In this document: positions 1 to 12,599 of the stretch, piece after piece | Numbering within the stretch: position 1 is the first letter of the stretch | Layout of the letters: every line of letters begins with the position of its first letter | Origin: Octopus sinensis | Lineage: Eukaryota | Assembly: GCF_006345805.1 (NCBI RefSeq) | Contig: NC_043004.1 | Location: 28,706,001 to 28,770,000, forward strand | Reading direction: 5' to 3' | Length of the DNA stretch: 64,000 nucleotides | Made by a program: the position numbers and the translations under genes | The notes under the pieces: generated by a model | The model's input: only the letters and a program-made list of their open reading frames with translations | What the model was told of the DNA's origin: nothing | Databases searched by the model: none

Positions 1-315
1 GTCTTCTGCTATAGCCCCGGGCCGACCAATGCTTTGTGAGTGGATTTGGTAGACGGAAACTGAAAGAAGCCTGTCGTATATATGTATATATATATGTGTG
101 TGTGTTTGTGTGTCTGTGTTTGTCCCACCAACATTGTTTGACAACCGATGCTGGTGTGTTTATGTCCCCGTTACTTAGCGGTTCGGCAAAAGAGATCGAT
201 AGAATAAGTACTGGGCTTACAAAGAATAAGTCCCGGGGTCGAGTTGCTCGACTAAAGGTGGTGCTCCAGCATGGCCGCAGTCAACTGACTGAAACAAGTA
301 AAAGAGTAAAGAGTA
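1..315 (+). mobile_element. tRNA-derived SINE family A (Octopus-type), cut by window start
   Basis: Near-identical to the full copy at 2730-3128, with internal (TA/TG) tract and tail CAGCATGGCCGCAGTCAA..GAAACAAGTAAAAGAGTAAAGAG. Confidence 0.9.
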
Positions 316-699
316 TACGTATATTTTTGGCTCATTTCACATCCTAACTCGCCAATTCCTCTCTCTCCAGTTCCTCCTCCTCTCTATTTCTTCCCCCACC
401 CCCACCCTATTTTCGCAAATCGTTCGCTCACTCTTTTATTCTTTCTCCGTCTCTATCTCCAGTTCTAATTCAACCCATCTACTTCCAACGACCGTCAGAC
501 CTCACCACAAGCATCGCTACATTACACCGCCCACCGTTATCACTGCATAATTACTCACTTACTTCTCCTCGTCTCCACGACCAATGTTAATACGAGTTTC
601 TTCATCTTTATAATATATCACGCTATTGCCAATAAGTGCAATAAGTGTAATCATCTCCATTATCTTTAACAACACTATTTGCACTACCACCTGCAGAAC

Positions 700-960
700 A
701 AGAATTAATAATCCTCACCACCACCACCACCACCACCACCACAACCACCACTACAACCACCACCAACACCATCACCACCACAACCACCACCACCACCACC
801 ATAGATATCGCCACCCTCAATAACAATGACAGTCACTATCGCTACTACCATTGCCACCTACACCATCAGTACTACTACCATTACCACCAGTGTCACCATT
901 AGGACCACCATCACAGTAACCCATACCACAGCCGCCACGATGATAGTGATTACCAACGCT
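700..960. repeat. (CAC/ACC)n trinucleotide low-complexity tract
   Basis: Direct; source of the spurious poly-His/poly-Val ORFs. Confidence 0.9.
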
Positions 961-1544
961 ACGACGGTCATGATCAAATCCATGATTGATGTCCCCTACT
1001 GTAACAAAAGATTTATCTCCCCTCTCAATAAACCTGCGTCTATCTATGACTCCCACCGCGATTCACTCTTCGAATCCCTTTGTATTTCAATCTCTCTGTT
1101 CCAGTATGGACATCTGTGAGTGGGGCAGGCAATAATGGTGGATGTAGTGACGATGGTGACGGTGGCTTGTGAAGCTGGTGATGACGATCGTTGTTATGAA
1201 CATGATGGTGATGGCGCTTGTAGTAACGGTTGCAGTGATGATGGGTGAAGTTGGTGGCAATAGTCACAATTATACTAGTAGTGATAGTTATAGAGAAAGT
1301 GGTTAGTGATTCGGGTGCTGGTTGGTTATGTCGGAATTGTTGTTGATGAGGGATCACATGATCTAACATATTCTGTCCTTTTTTTTTTTTTTTTTTTTGA
1401 GAATGGAGGACGTTAATTTTAGCAGTTCGAATTAATACATTGACTCGCAGTGGTGGTATTGATAATGGTGATGGTGTGGATGCTGTTCGGTGTGGATGCG
1501 TGATGCTTCTGCTAATTCTGGTATTGGTGATGTTGTGGTGGTGA

Positions 1545-1588
1545 TGATCATGGTGGTAGTGATAGTGATGGTGGTGGTGGTGGTGGTG

Positions 1589-1632
<44 letters not shown>

Positions 1633-1642
1633 GGTGGTGGTG

Positions 1643-1690
<48 letters not shown>
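1545..1690. repeat. (GGT)n/(GTA)n compound microsatellite
   Basis: Direct. Confidence 0.95.
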
Positions 1691-1814
1691 ACAGAGGCAA
1701 TATATTGCCCCAGGGCTTTTTACGTATTTTTTCTTCTACAGCATCTCATCTATATTTATAAAGCTGAAGTTGCCTGTGTGTGTGTGGCAGGTTTGGTAAC
1801 CTTCAACTAATACT

Positions 1815-2472
1815 ATCTCCTCCGAGACCCTGCGGCACAAGTTGACCAAAATTGAAAGTATGGTAGAAGAAGGCTTGCTCTTCATTCCGTAGAAGAAAAA
1901 AATTCAAATCGGACCATGTTAACACCAAAAATTATTTACATCAAAAAGGTGCTTCTTTTCTACGAAATTCCCTATTTTTTACGATTTTTTGACTGCTGTG
2001 TCGCCATTTTTCGGTGTATTTCAACCAGAAAAATCTTCACTTAAAGAGAATAACAAGCTACATAATGCAAAAGTTTTACTTTTCAAAAATTCCAATTCCA
2101 AAGGGTCGAAAAGAATTTTTTTGTGATGTCATTAGTTTTGAGCGAACGACATTTTCCTGTATTTTTTCTTAATGAATACTGTTGCAGTGTTAACTTCTTA
2201 ATAGATTTTCAGTGTAGTTCATTTTGCTTTAAATCTACGGGTAATTTTTTTCTCCATAATGTCAATAGAAGGAATATTAACCAACAATACCAGCAACTGA
2301 AGTCGGCATTACACATTTGCAGCACATTGAGAGCAAACTCGAGCATCGCCACACTATACTTTTATTCAAAGATTGAAACTATGTCAAAACTTTGTTAACG
2401 CGACATCAAAGTCTGCCGTTTTAAGCGCAACTAAAAAAAACAAGCTCGAGCAACGCTGGGCTATACTGCTAG
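1815..2472 (+). mobile_element. Non-autonomous Helitron-like element, 3' end present
   Basis: Ends CTCGAGCAACGCTGGGCTATACTGCTAG|T (hairpin-like segment plus CTAG), same terminus as the element at 34163-34562; 5' boundary uncertain. Confidence 0.6.
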
Positions 2473-2676
2473 TATTATTATAAAAGGCATTTGGTCACAT
2501 GCTATGAGAATATCTTGGTCAGCCCATGAGCATTTTAACTGACCCTCGTATTGTTCTAAATACTTACGAAATGGAGCGTGAAATTCTGAGCAACAGTTTG
2601 TGAAGTATTTTCAGATTCAATAAATTACACGCACGCACACTCTAGACACGCATATAATACATACATATATACATAT

Positions 2677-2729
<53 letters not shown>

Positions 2730-2730
<1 letters not shown>

Positions 2731-3128
2731 GCGCAGGAGTGGCTGTGTGGTAAGTAGCTTGCTTACCAACCACATGGTTCTGGGTTCAGTCCCACTGTGT
2801 GGCACCTTGGGCAAGTGCCTTCTGCTATAGCCCCGGGCCGACCAATACCTTGTGAGTGGATTTGGTAGATGGAAACTGAAAGAAGCCTGTCATATATATG
2901 TATATATATATATATGTGTATGTGTGTGTGTTTGTGTGTCTGTGTTTGTCCCCCTAGCATTGCTTGGCAACCGATGCTGGTGTGTTTACTTAGCGGTTCG
3001 GCAAAAGAGACCGATAGAATAAGTACTGGGCTTACAAAGAATAAGTCCCGGGGTCGATTTGCTCGACTAAAGGCGATGCTCCAGCATGGCCGCAGTCAAA
3101 TGACTGAAACAAGTAAAAGAGTAAAAGA
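2730..3128 (+). mobile_element. SINE family A, full length
   Basis: tRNA-like head (TGGCTGTGTGGTAAG A-box, GGGTTCAGTCCC B-box), CACCTTGGGCAAGT central motif, AAAGAGT tail, inserted next to (TA)n. Confidence 0.9.
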
Positions 3129-3209
3129 GAGAGAGAGTATAGATAATGTATATATATACACACACATATATATGTGTGTGTGTGTGTGTAATCTGTTGAA
3201 TCTGAAAGA

Positions 3210-3770
3210 ACTTTATAGAATGTGACCAAATCCCTCTTGCGGTACGCACACTTCTCCATCGGTGAAACAGTGCTTGTGTCACTTTGTGGAAGAAGCTTTC
3301 ATCCTGTTGGTAAAAAAAAGTCATCAACAGCAGACATGACATCATCATCACTGCTATACTGGTTCCCAGCCGAGTGCTTTTTCATGTTGGGGAACAAATG
3401 AAAGACAGATGGGGCCAAATCTAGAGCATAGGGATGCTAATCAGCTAGTTCAAAGCTACGGTCATACACAGTAGCCATTGAAACTAAGGAATTGTGTGCT
3501 GGAGCATTGTCCTGATGAAACAATCGTCTTTCGTAACTGCCTCAGCAAGTTGGCACAGTACTCTCCACTGATGATGTGGTTCTTGTGAAGGTAGTCAATA
3601 AACACCATGCCTTTTGCATCCGAAAAAAATTGAAGCCATCAATTTCCCTGCAGATGAAACGACTGTGACCTTCTTTGAGCAGGTGAGGAGGTATATTTCC
3701 ATGGCATAGAACGTTACTTTGCCTATGGTTAAAAGAGATGTACTCAACGCTCATCCTGGCTTAGGAAACG
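3210..3770 (-). mobile_element. Degenerate mariner transposase fragment
   Basis: DAKGMVFIDYLHK..SGEYCANLLRQLRK and QQDESFFHKVTQALFHRW match the mariner catalytic and C-terminal regions; frameshifted. Confidence 0.85.
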
Positions 3771-3948
3771 TTCAGGATGACCGCTAAGTAAGGGGAGGGA
3801 GTAAAAGTAAGGGGATAAAAAGGTACATAGTATTCGCGTAAGCGCGCATGTCCATACCTACACATGCGCGCCCACACACCCACGCTCAATCACACAGTAA
3901 TTTCCCTTTGGTTCACAGTAATTTTCATAGCATTTTTTCCGGTGGCCG

Positions 3949-4009
3949 GATAACTGAAGAGATGGCGGCGTGGATTTCCACCCCGACATCCGAAACTCGG
4001 AGTTTCATT
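3949..4009 (+). ncRNA. Hammerhead ribozyme motif in a PLE terminal-repeat remnant (family P1)
   Basis: GATAA-CTGAAGA-[GATG..CATC]C-GAAA-CTC-G-GAGT-T-TCATT; homologous to 56248-56308, which lies downstream of a GIY-YIG ORF. Confidence 0.7.
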
Positions 4010-4104
4010 ATGGCTACCGAATAATTGTCACACATTACATTTACAGATAACATATATATATATATATATATATATTTATATTCACACACATGCACACACA
4101 CACA

Positions 4105-4157
<53 letters not shown>

Positions 4158-4171
4158 TATATATATATATA

Positions 4172-4202
<31 letters not shown>

Positions 4203-4466
4203 AATATGTGTATATAATAAGCGAATACAAGTATATCAAATACCACCGCACATCATAAAATCTTGATTTTGTAAAGATATTTTCGCCACTAGATGTTCCA
4301 CAGTAACCAAATGGCAATTGGTTATTATGAAACAAGTGTATTTATATTATGAAAATGTTTCTATCTGTATATAATTATCTATACATTAACCTTCCATTAT
4401 TTATATACCCACGCATATACAGACATACGTATATGCATACACATACATGTATTCATATATATATAC

Positions 4467-4526
<60 letters not shown>

Positions 4527-4534
<8 letters not shown>

Positions 4535-4812
4535 ATCATGTGACCGACCAGACCATCAGATGTTGCTACACATCGCTGGTCACAATGCGTTCGCATTGTT
4601 TTAGCCTTCGAATGACGCCACCCCGCTGGCTAAGCGAGCAAGCCAACAGAAGAAAGAGTGAGAGAAAGAGTGCTGAAAGAGTACAACAGGGACCCCCCCC
4701 TGCCGGAGCCTCGTGGAGCTTTTTAGGTGTTTTCGTTCAATAAACACACACAACGCCCGGTCTGGGAATCGAAACCGCGATCCTACGACCGCGAGTCCGC
4801 TGCCCTAACCAC
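4527..4812 (-). mobile_element. SINE family C (tRNA-Arg-like head)
   Basis: Homologous to 35690-35942; head TAGTGGTTAGGGCAGCGGACTCGCGGTCGTAGGATCGCGGTTTCGATTCCC on minus strand. Confidence 0.9.
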
Positions 4813-5128
4813 TATATATGTATGTATATATATATGTGTGTGTGTGTGTGAGTGTGTATTTACTCCAGCCGGAATTAAACATAGTAACCGCGTACAATTT
4901 CACGCATAGCGTTGACCACGTCAAGTTAAGGGAGTAACTTCTTGAGTATTTGGTTTACATTTTCTCTCTATATTTGTCCACCACTACCACCACTACCGTA
5001 GATATCGCATGATTGTAATATTTGCGCAATGCGACAGAATTTTTTTTCCGCCTGCATCAAGCCGTATTTGAAACCTTAAATTAATATTTTGTATAATATT
5101 TTTTTGCGGTTCCTACTCACACATCTTG

Positions 5129-5188
5129 TTTTGAGACATCTTGAATTGCCGTTAAATCTTTTCAGACATCTTGAATTGCAGTTAAATC
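5129..5188. repeat. 30-bp tandem duplication (2 copies)
   Basis: TTTT(G/C)AGACATCTTGAATTGC(C/A)GTTAAATC x2. Confidence 0.9.
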
Positions 5189-5729
5189 CAATAGTGGCGT
5201 CGATCAACAATTATCTGCAATAAATACATAGTAAAAAATTAGCACCGGAAAGAACAGCATTGTGAGAGCATCCTGGGATATGACTACACATATTTCAAGC
5301 GTTAGCAATTTCATGGGTACTTCGCCTCTTATACCTCTGACTTCAGCCATAAACACCCCACACTATAATACACTTCCGCACACAAATGCTATCAAGCTTT
5401 TACTATTATTGTAATTAGCTATAGTTATTCAAAATTTAGTGGCGGTAGCGGTGATCATATTCTTTTGCTAATTGTATTGGTTTCAAGCAAATCCTCATTG
5501 ACTTAAGGTTTAAGCCATTTCATTCAACTTTTTAAATATACTAGAGTATCACATAATCTCATGTCATCGTTTAGTTTTATTTTATTTTACAGGGAATGGC
5601 TTATCTTCTTCATTCTATTGTTTTTACTGCTAGTCACTGAGGAGTTTGTGGGTTCGTAATGCCAGTGGTCGTGATGGTTTTGTGGTTTTGGTGTTGAAGA
5701 TAGAAAGTTTGGTGCTGATGCTGGAAATA

Positions 5730-6366
5730 CAGGGTGCGATAGCTAAACTGTCGCCATCTTATATTTTTAATTTCGCGCATGCGCATTGTTTGTTTTTGAT
5801 TTTGTGGACTACACAGTATAGTAAGGTCAAAGGTTAGTTGGAAACCGTCTGTGAGAAAAACAGCACCATGACTGCCAGAAATTTGAGAACTACATGTACT
5901 GCTTGGCATTCGCGCAAGAAGCACCAATACGAACATTTCAGAGTATTTAGGTGTCAGTCTTAGGACATGTACTGAGAGTGATAAAAATGAAACATCCAGT
6001 CAACATCAGACTGTTTGAAGTGATCACTAGTGATGGCGACATTATGCCTCCATTCATCTCTCTCACGACCTCAGACTCAACACGGAGGTCTGCATCAAGT
6101 GACTGAAGGAGATAATACTGCCTTGGGTCAAGAGTAAGGCTGCTGGAAGACCCTATGTCACACAAGCAGGAGAAACCTGCCATGGTTGTCAGTCAATTTC
6201 TGCGACCGAACACATCACCCCTAACATCTGACCACCTGACTCCCCAGATTGCAACCCACTTGGTTATTATGTGTGGGGCGCAGTTAAGCGAGAGATCGAC
6301 GAAATTCCTGGTAGCACCAAAGATGAACTGAAGGCAAGGATTATGGCAGCATTCACCAACTTAAAC
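5730..6366 (+). mobile_element. Internally deleted DD37D (maT-type) Tc1/mariner copy
   Basis: TA|CAGGGTGCGATAG left TIR; homologous to 18824-20012 (KHPVNI..VITSDGD, NI*PPDSPDCNP..YYVWGAV). Confidence 0.85.
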
Positions 6367-6759
6367 TCATGTTTACAATAACTTCCTAGTCCTATTGTTA
6401 AATTACAAACTAAATGTTCTACCTGCTCAACGATGAATCCCTTCTAGCCATCTCTGATAAACATTTTCAACAACACCTTTCTTTTACGTGCAGTTCAAGC
6501 CGGAGCTTTAGTGGCCAACCAAACCCCGCCTTTATAGTATATACCTATTACAGTACGTCATTAGACGAAGATTTTATATATAAAAGAACGTAGGATTTTT
6601 ACGCTAATAGCATAAATAAACTACTTGTTTCGCGTTGGCAAAAGTGTGTTGATTCTGATGGTGTTTATTTTGGTTAATAAAGTTTTGTTTGAGCCAAGAT
6701 ATGTGCATCTGAATTTAAAGGTTAAAGGTTAAAAACCGCAAGAATTTTCTGAACAACCT

Positions 6760-6855
6760 AATATATATATATAAAACAATATATATATATATAAAACAAT
6801 ATATATATATATAAAACAATATATATATATAAAACAATATATATATAAAACAATA
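6760..6855. repeat. About 20-bp minisatellite (ATATATATATATAAAACAAT)n
   Basis: Direct, about 5 units. Confidence 0.85.
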
Positions 6856-7119
6856 AAAAGAGAGACAAAGAGAGAGAGGGGGAGAATGAAAGAGAGAGAG
6901 ACAGAGAGACAAATTGACAAATAGACAGAAAATGATTGAGAGTGAGAGAAAGAAAAATTATTTCCAACAAACACATACAATTCAGATCTACAGTAATAAT
7001 TCTAACGACATATTTTCCTCTAAAATATTAATAAAACGACACTTTTTCTTCATTTTTAATGGAAGCTAATATTCAGTTTAACAATATAATATTTTCAAAT
7101 ATATATACGAACATATTTG

Positions 7120-7480
7120 TGCGTACGCATGGCATTAGTTATTTTTGAATTTGCGTATGTATTTGTATGGTTGTGTTTGTGTATGATTGTATGAACGTGT
7201 GCTTGTGTGCATTTTTGTGCGCACGATATTAATTATTTACGTATTAGAGAGTTTGTGTGTGTGCTTGTGTGTATCACATTAATTACCTGTGTTTTTGTGC
7301 GTTTCTGTGCGTATATGGCATTGATTACCTATTTTGTATGCGTTGTGCAAGTGAAGGTATGATGTTAATTAGCCCTGTATTTGCGTGTATATGTGTATGA
7401 CATAAATTGCCTGTGTATTTGTATGTGTGTGCATGTATCTGCCTGTATCTATGTATGTGTAAAGCATTAATCAGCTGTGT
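7120..7480. repeat. Degenerate TG-rich minisatellite with recurring CATTAATTACCTGT-like motif
   Basis: Motif variants recur at roughly 50-70 bp spacing. Confidence 0.55.
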
Positions 7481-8892
7481 TACCACTTTGTTGTCTTTAT
7501 GTGTTTAGAGTTTAAAGGATAGTATTTCTTTAATCAAATCAAAAATTAAAACTAACACTGATATTCATAGAGAATTTTCATCAATTTCCGAAGGAATCAC
7601 ATTACTGAAAGTGCTCTTTGAATAATTCTCGTTAATTGTCATATTTTATTGATTCTTAGTTTTCGCATGCTGGGTGAAAATTTGTCAATTATCATAGATT
7701 CTGTACCTTAGCATTTTGGTGTCAATTATCCTGTTTTGCTAAACTGTATTTCTTTCGCAGAACATTAAAGAAGAAAGAAAAGTGAAATATTTTGGAAAAT
7801 ATATTTATATTTTGAGAGGGATGTGTATCGTTATTACAATCAATCCACAGTACTTCCTGGGGTTCGTGTAGAATAAAAGGTAAAGTCAATCTTGAGAGGA
7901 TTTGATTTGGAATGTAAAGGTAAAGGGATGTAATCAAACACCATAAGGCTCCACATTGCTCGTTCTTCGGATTCTACTGTACACTATTAAAATGTGATGT
8001 TGGTAGTAATCTCACTAATATTAATCCAATAGAGGTCTCATCAGCATGTATTTTTTAATTGTTAAAGCTAATGTTAAAGCAATAGGATTAAATAAAGTGA
8101 GATTACATTAAAATTTTGAGCAAAGATTAGAACTAAACTGAAATATGAGACGTGGCAAATAACTGACGGAGACGGGTTTAATGGATTTAGATCAATATTC
8201 ATTGTGTGGACTTCAAATTTTCTAGCGAAAGAAGCTGATAACATTTTATTGACTATTTATGATGAAAACAAAAAAACACAACTTTCCCACACATTCTCAC
8301 AAAATCACAGCTAGCAATTTTTAATAACAGGATCGGGAATTATACTGGCTTCAACGATACATTCCTTTCTAAACTGTCCTCTTTCGCATGAAACGTAAAT
8401 GTCTTTCGTCGCTAGAAATATACACTATCTGTTTCACGTCTCATTCATTTTTTATTGAAGATTTTGTCCATGTAAGTCAACCTTTTCTTTGAAAATTAAA
8501 AAAGTGAATGAAAATCATTTTCTCTTTCCATTGTTTTCCTCAGTTCAAGAAAATTCTTAATATAAGAAATTCACATGTATGTTTCAACACAACGTACACA
8601 CACTCAGACTCAAACACTCCATCAAAGTGTTTAAACGAATACACAGATATAGAAAGTCCACAAAATACCTAAGCCAATGAAACTGTTATCGATTCGCCAG
8701 TGTTTGTGTTCATTCTCTTTTAAGAAACAATGTATGAAGAGGAATTAGACACAGACCCAAGTAATGAGGAAACTAGTAATATAAAAACGGAATATGTAAA
8801 TATGTAGCTATCAATATTTCTTTGTCTCTCCCTTTCTCTCTGCCTCTTTGTCTCTCTCTGCCGCTCTGTTTCTATCTTTCTCTTCACACACA

Positions 8893-8959
<67 letters not shown>

Positions 8960-9054
8960 AGTTCAGCAAAATTTAGATTCAGATGAATATAGTACTTTAG
9001 TTAAAGGCACCAGAATTTGGTATGGTATTATCCATATAAATCAAATGAGGTGAT

Positions 9055-9132
9055 TATAATCAAAATAAGCAACAAGGATACCCAAGGTAGTGTACACTAC
9101 CTTGGATATCCTTGTTGCTTATTTTGATTATA
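9055..9132. repeat. Loopless palindrome, 39-bp arms, 1 mismatch
   Basis: TATAATCAAAATAAGCAACAAGGATACCCAAGGTAGTGT|ACACTACCTTGGATATCCTTGTTGCTTATTTTGATTATA. Confidence 0.95.
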
Positions 9133-9207
9133 TATATATGTGACCTCGTGAGTACCGTTGGCGATTTTTTTCCTGCCTTCCCTTCTCGGGATCTTTCCTT
9201 CTCCTAT

Positions 9208-9242
9208 GTTTCTGACGAAGAGCTCCGCTCGAAACGTTAAAC
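9208..9242 (+). ncRNA. Minimal type I hammerhead ribozyme within a roughly 220-bp (TA)n-flanked repeat (9140-9355)
   Basis: GTTT-CTGACGA-A-GAGC-TCC-GCTC-GAAA-C-GTT-AAAC: intact core, stems I and II, palindromic AACGTT stem III. Confidence 0.8.
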
Positions 9243-9992
9243 CCTCCTTCTTCCCTTCTTTTCTGAGCGTCCAATAATACTATATTTGTTCCACGTCCTC
9301 GCATTGTTGTGTTTTTTTTTTTGTTTTTTTTGTGTTTTCTTGTTTGGATTAACTTTATATATATATATATATATGAAGAGTACCTCAGAGCAACAAAGAA
9401 TTAATAAGGAAAATTCAGTTATCAAAATTACAAGCCACTGCTGAACAGGCTATAAAAACATCAGTAATACATGATTCAGTTTTTCCTATGAATTAATTAT
9501 TGTAGAATGTCTAGTTGGGCTCGTTCTTAAAATAACCAAAATTCATGCACCAACTATCATCTATCTTATTTATTGCACACCTCATTATTTACTTATTAAC
9601 AAACAAGGGATGTATTTGGACATGTTGGAAGGGAGCGAACTAGCACTAATTAATAACACTATTCTTCTACAGAACAATAAACAATAATTATGTTAATACT
9701 TTTGTGTAAACAATTATATTATTTATTTATATCTCTCATTTTTAACTGTCACATGACATATTCAATGGAGACAAGCTTTCCTCAATTATCATTGTATGTA
9801 TCTATTATAACTATTATAAATAAATATATTGTGCACATATATTGATGATTTAATATTCATCTTTGCTAAACAGTAAGCAGTTTTGATTCGTCAAGTAACT
9901 TTCAACATATTAACAAACGCATGCACCCAGAAAGGTTATTACATATACGTAACTATGGTTTAAAAATAGAAGCAAAACTGAAAAAAAAATAA

Positions 9993-10036
<44 letters not shown>

Positions 10037-10304
10037 TTATTATTTAGCTGTATTTACTAGAGATTAATTACAATTGAGTGAATTATAACAAATATTTTAA
10101 GTGATTAAATACTTTACTGACATTTCGAGCTATCGTATCTAATAATGTAAATTATGAATGTTGTTTTATTTGAAGGTAAAGTAATCGTATCGAAATATTG
10201 TTTAAGCTAACTAACGGATACTTTTGTTTTTCAACACATTACAGGTACACCTGAACAAAAGCATTAACAAATTTGCATATACATATACACAAGTAACGGT
10301 TCTT

Positions 10305-10590
10305 TAAAATACATTAGTTGCTGAAACGCACATATCTGAGTCTAACAAAGTTCAGACAACATAGTGGAATGCAGCTCCTTTCTATCAAATGTACTTGAAT
10401 GATGAACTTCTGGAAAGCCTTACGGACTTTTACAGTTTCAGTGACTTCTTGGATCTGTAGACTTCGAATTAGCTTTCTCCTTTCTGGTTTTGACAAGCCT
10501 GATTTATCAAGATTGGTATTTAGGCAGTGTGTTTCATATTCCCTGTACCCCAATAATTACAGGTATAAACCTGAACTTGTAATCTACAAA
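10305..10590 (-). mobile_element. C-terminal fragment of an RLE-type LINE (family of 30200-33940)
   Basis: NTNLDKSGLSKPERRKLIRSLQIQ resembles 33791 ORF (ENLDKLELSRRKKSLQIQ) and 31810-31960. Confidence 0.65.
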
Positions 10591-10721
10591 TTTCTCAATA
10601 GACCAACGTAAATATTTTCTTTTTCGCTGATTTTTAGCTTCCTGTTAACATCTGCTGGGCAGCTGATTTCCACAACTGTGCACAGTTTCTCTTCTATATC
10701 CCAAAATCATTTTGTTAAGTC

Positions 10722-10752
<31 letters not shown>

Positions 10753-10799
10753 CCTCCTGAGTGGATTTGAAAGAAGATCGTAGTATGTGTGTGTGTGTG

Positions 10800-11700
10800 T
10801 GTGTGCGTGCGTGCAAGAAAAACCTCTCAATGGCAAATACCCAAAGAGAGCTAATAATGCCGATGTTGACAAAGCCCTTATCTATCAATGGTTAATGGCT
10901 TCTGGCTTAAAATCAGAAACAGAAGGGTTTATCATAGCAGCCCCAAAACAATGCGTACCTACAAGGAACTACCAGGCCAACATAGTAAAGAACGATAACT
11001 TCCAAACATGTGTATGTCAACAAGAAAATGAAACCATTGATCATGTTGTCTCCATGTTCAGTCTTCTAGCGCCTACAGAGTATCTCAACAGGCATGATAG
11101 AGCAGCACAAAAAATCCACTGGGTAATGTACAAAAACCTGGACCTGCCCCATGATAAAAAAAAAAACTGGTAGGAACACCTTCAGTGCTTGAAAATGATC
11201 ACATCTCACTCCTCCCGAATTCCACCATTCAAACTGACAGAAAGAGAGATGCAAATAGGCCAGACATTATATTGAAAGACTTCATACAAAAATCATGCCT
11301 CCTCATTGATATGACTGTCCCAATCGATATAAACGTATCCGTCAAGACCTACCAAAAACTGAGCAAGTATAGATGATAGCAAAAGGGTTGATCGCTACCA
11401 GGAAACCCCAAAATGGCTGAAACTGAAAAGATAGTGCTCGTGAGAACTGCTCATATCCTACGTAAAGTACTGTCTATGTAATTTCAAATTTTAAAACAAA
11501 CACATAATTTTCTTATGGTTTCTTAAACATTCTCTAGAACAACACTATGTACAAAACCAAATATATGGCATCCTAGGCATAACACCAACATGAACTTCTA
11601 ACTTGTCTCTTGAGGTCTCCGGGTGATACTTGGAGCCAAGTTGTACAAATGCAAAGCAAAAGTCAAACATAAAATAATAAATAATATAATAATAATAATT
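10800..11700 (+). mobile_element. 5'-truncated R4/Dong-like RLE LINE
   Basis: GLKSETEGFIIAA, C..C...ETIDHV (CCHC remnant), RHD, NRPDIIL..LIDMTVP (RLE PD..D motif), followed by 3'UTR and (AAT)n tail. Confidence 0.9.
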
Positions 11701-11725
11701 ATTATTATTAATTATTATATTATTA

Positions 11726-11819
<94 letters not shown>

Positions 11820-11877
11820 GAAAGTAATATTAATGATCCTGAGAACAGGGGTAGAAATAATGATGATAATGGCTGCA

Positions 11878-11922
<45 letters not shown>

Positions 11923-11945
11923 CAGTAGTAGTAGTAGTAGTAATC
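11700..11945. repeat. (ATT)n and (GTA)n microsatellites
   Basis: Direct. Confidence 0.95.
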
Positions 11946-11959
11946 CAGTAATTAATTGT

Positions 11960-12400
11960 CATTGTAGAGATATAACTAAATGTCCACCAAATGGGTTGTG
12001 TCTAGGAAAGAAATTAGTATATAGATCTGAGGTAAGAACTAAAGGTGAAATTGCTTGTTACCTTGGATGTACTTCAAATAAGTTTAAATCACGATATAAT
12101 AATCATTGCTCAGATTTTCGTATTAGCAAAAAATAAGTCGATCTACTAAACTTAGTAAATATATATGGAGACTGAAGGAAAAGAACATTGATTATGAAAT
12201 TAAATGGGTGATAATTGGATATGCAAAACCTTACTTCTTTGGTAGTAATAGGTGCAATTTATGTCTAGCTGAACTATTTTTGATACTTACATCAAGATTG
12301 ATTAATTTGACCTCTAATTTTAATATGAATTGTACCCAAAAGTTTATGGAAAATTATTTATTTTATAAAGGATGGTTTATTATGTTAATACTAATAAACC
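11960..12400 (+). mobile_element. Penelope-like element GIY-YIG endonuclease remnant
   Basis: CRDITKCPPNGLCLGKKLVYRSEV..YLGCTSNKFKSRY..STKLSKYIWRLKEKNIDYEIKW..SNRCNLCLAE. Confidence 0.9.
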
Positions 12401-12599
12401 TCATTAATATATAGGGATAAATGATACCTAGTTTCTAATATTTTTAATAATTTTGGTATTTTTAATATTTTTAACGTCTGTATTTTTATATTTTTGTTGC
12501 TATTTTTTATTTTCATTTTTTGTGTGTAGGTATATGTATGTGTGCATTTGTATGTATGTCTAATGTAGGTATATGTGTGTGTGTATATATGTATATATA

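Noticed and set aside
626-1119. Poly-His / Thr-rich ORFs
   Set aside because: Trinucleotide low-complexity DNA with no domain or supporting gene structure
4285-4340. Hairpin followed by GAAAC as an HHR
   Set aside because: No intact CUGANGA and no stem I
7761-8577. Strong acceptor sites at 7761 and 8545 (also 36038)
   Set aside because: Frames are uninformative or stop quickly, the first donor is SINE-derived, and such sites are common by chance
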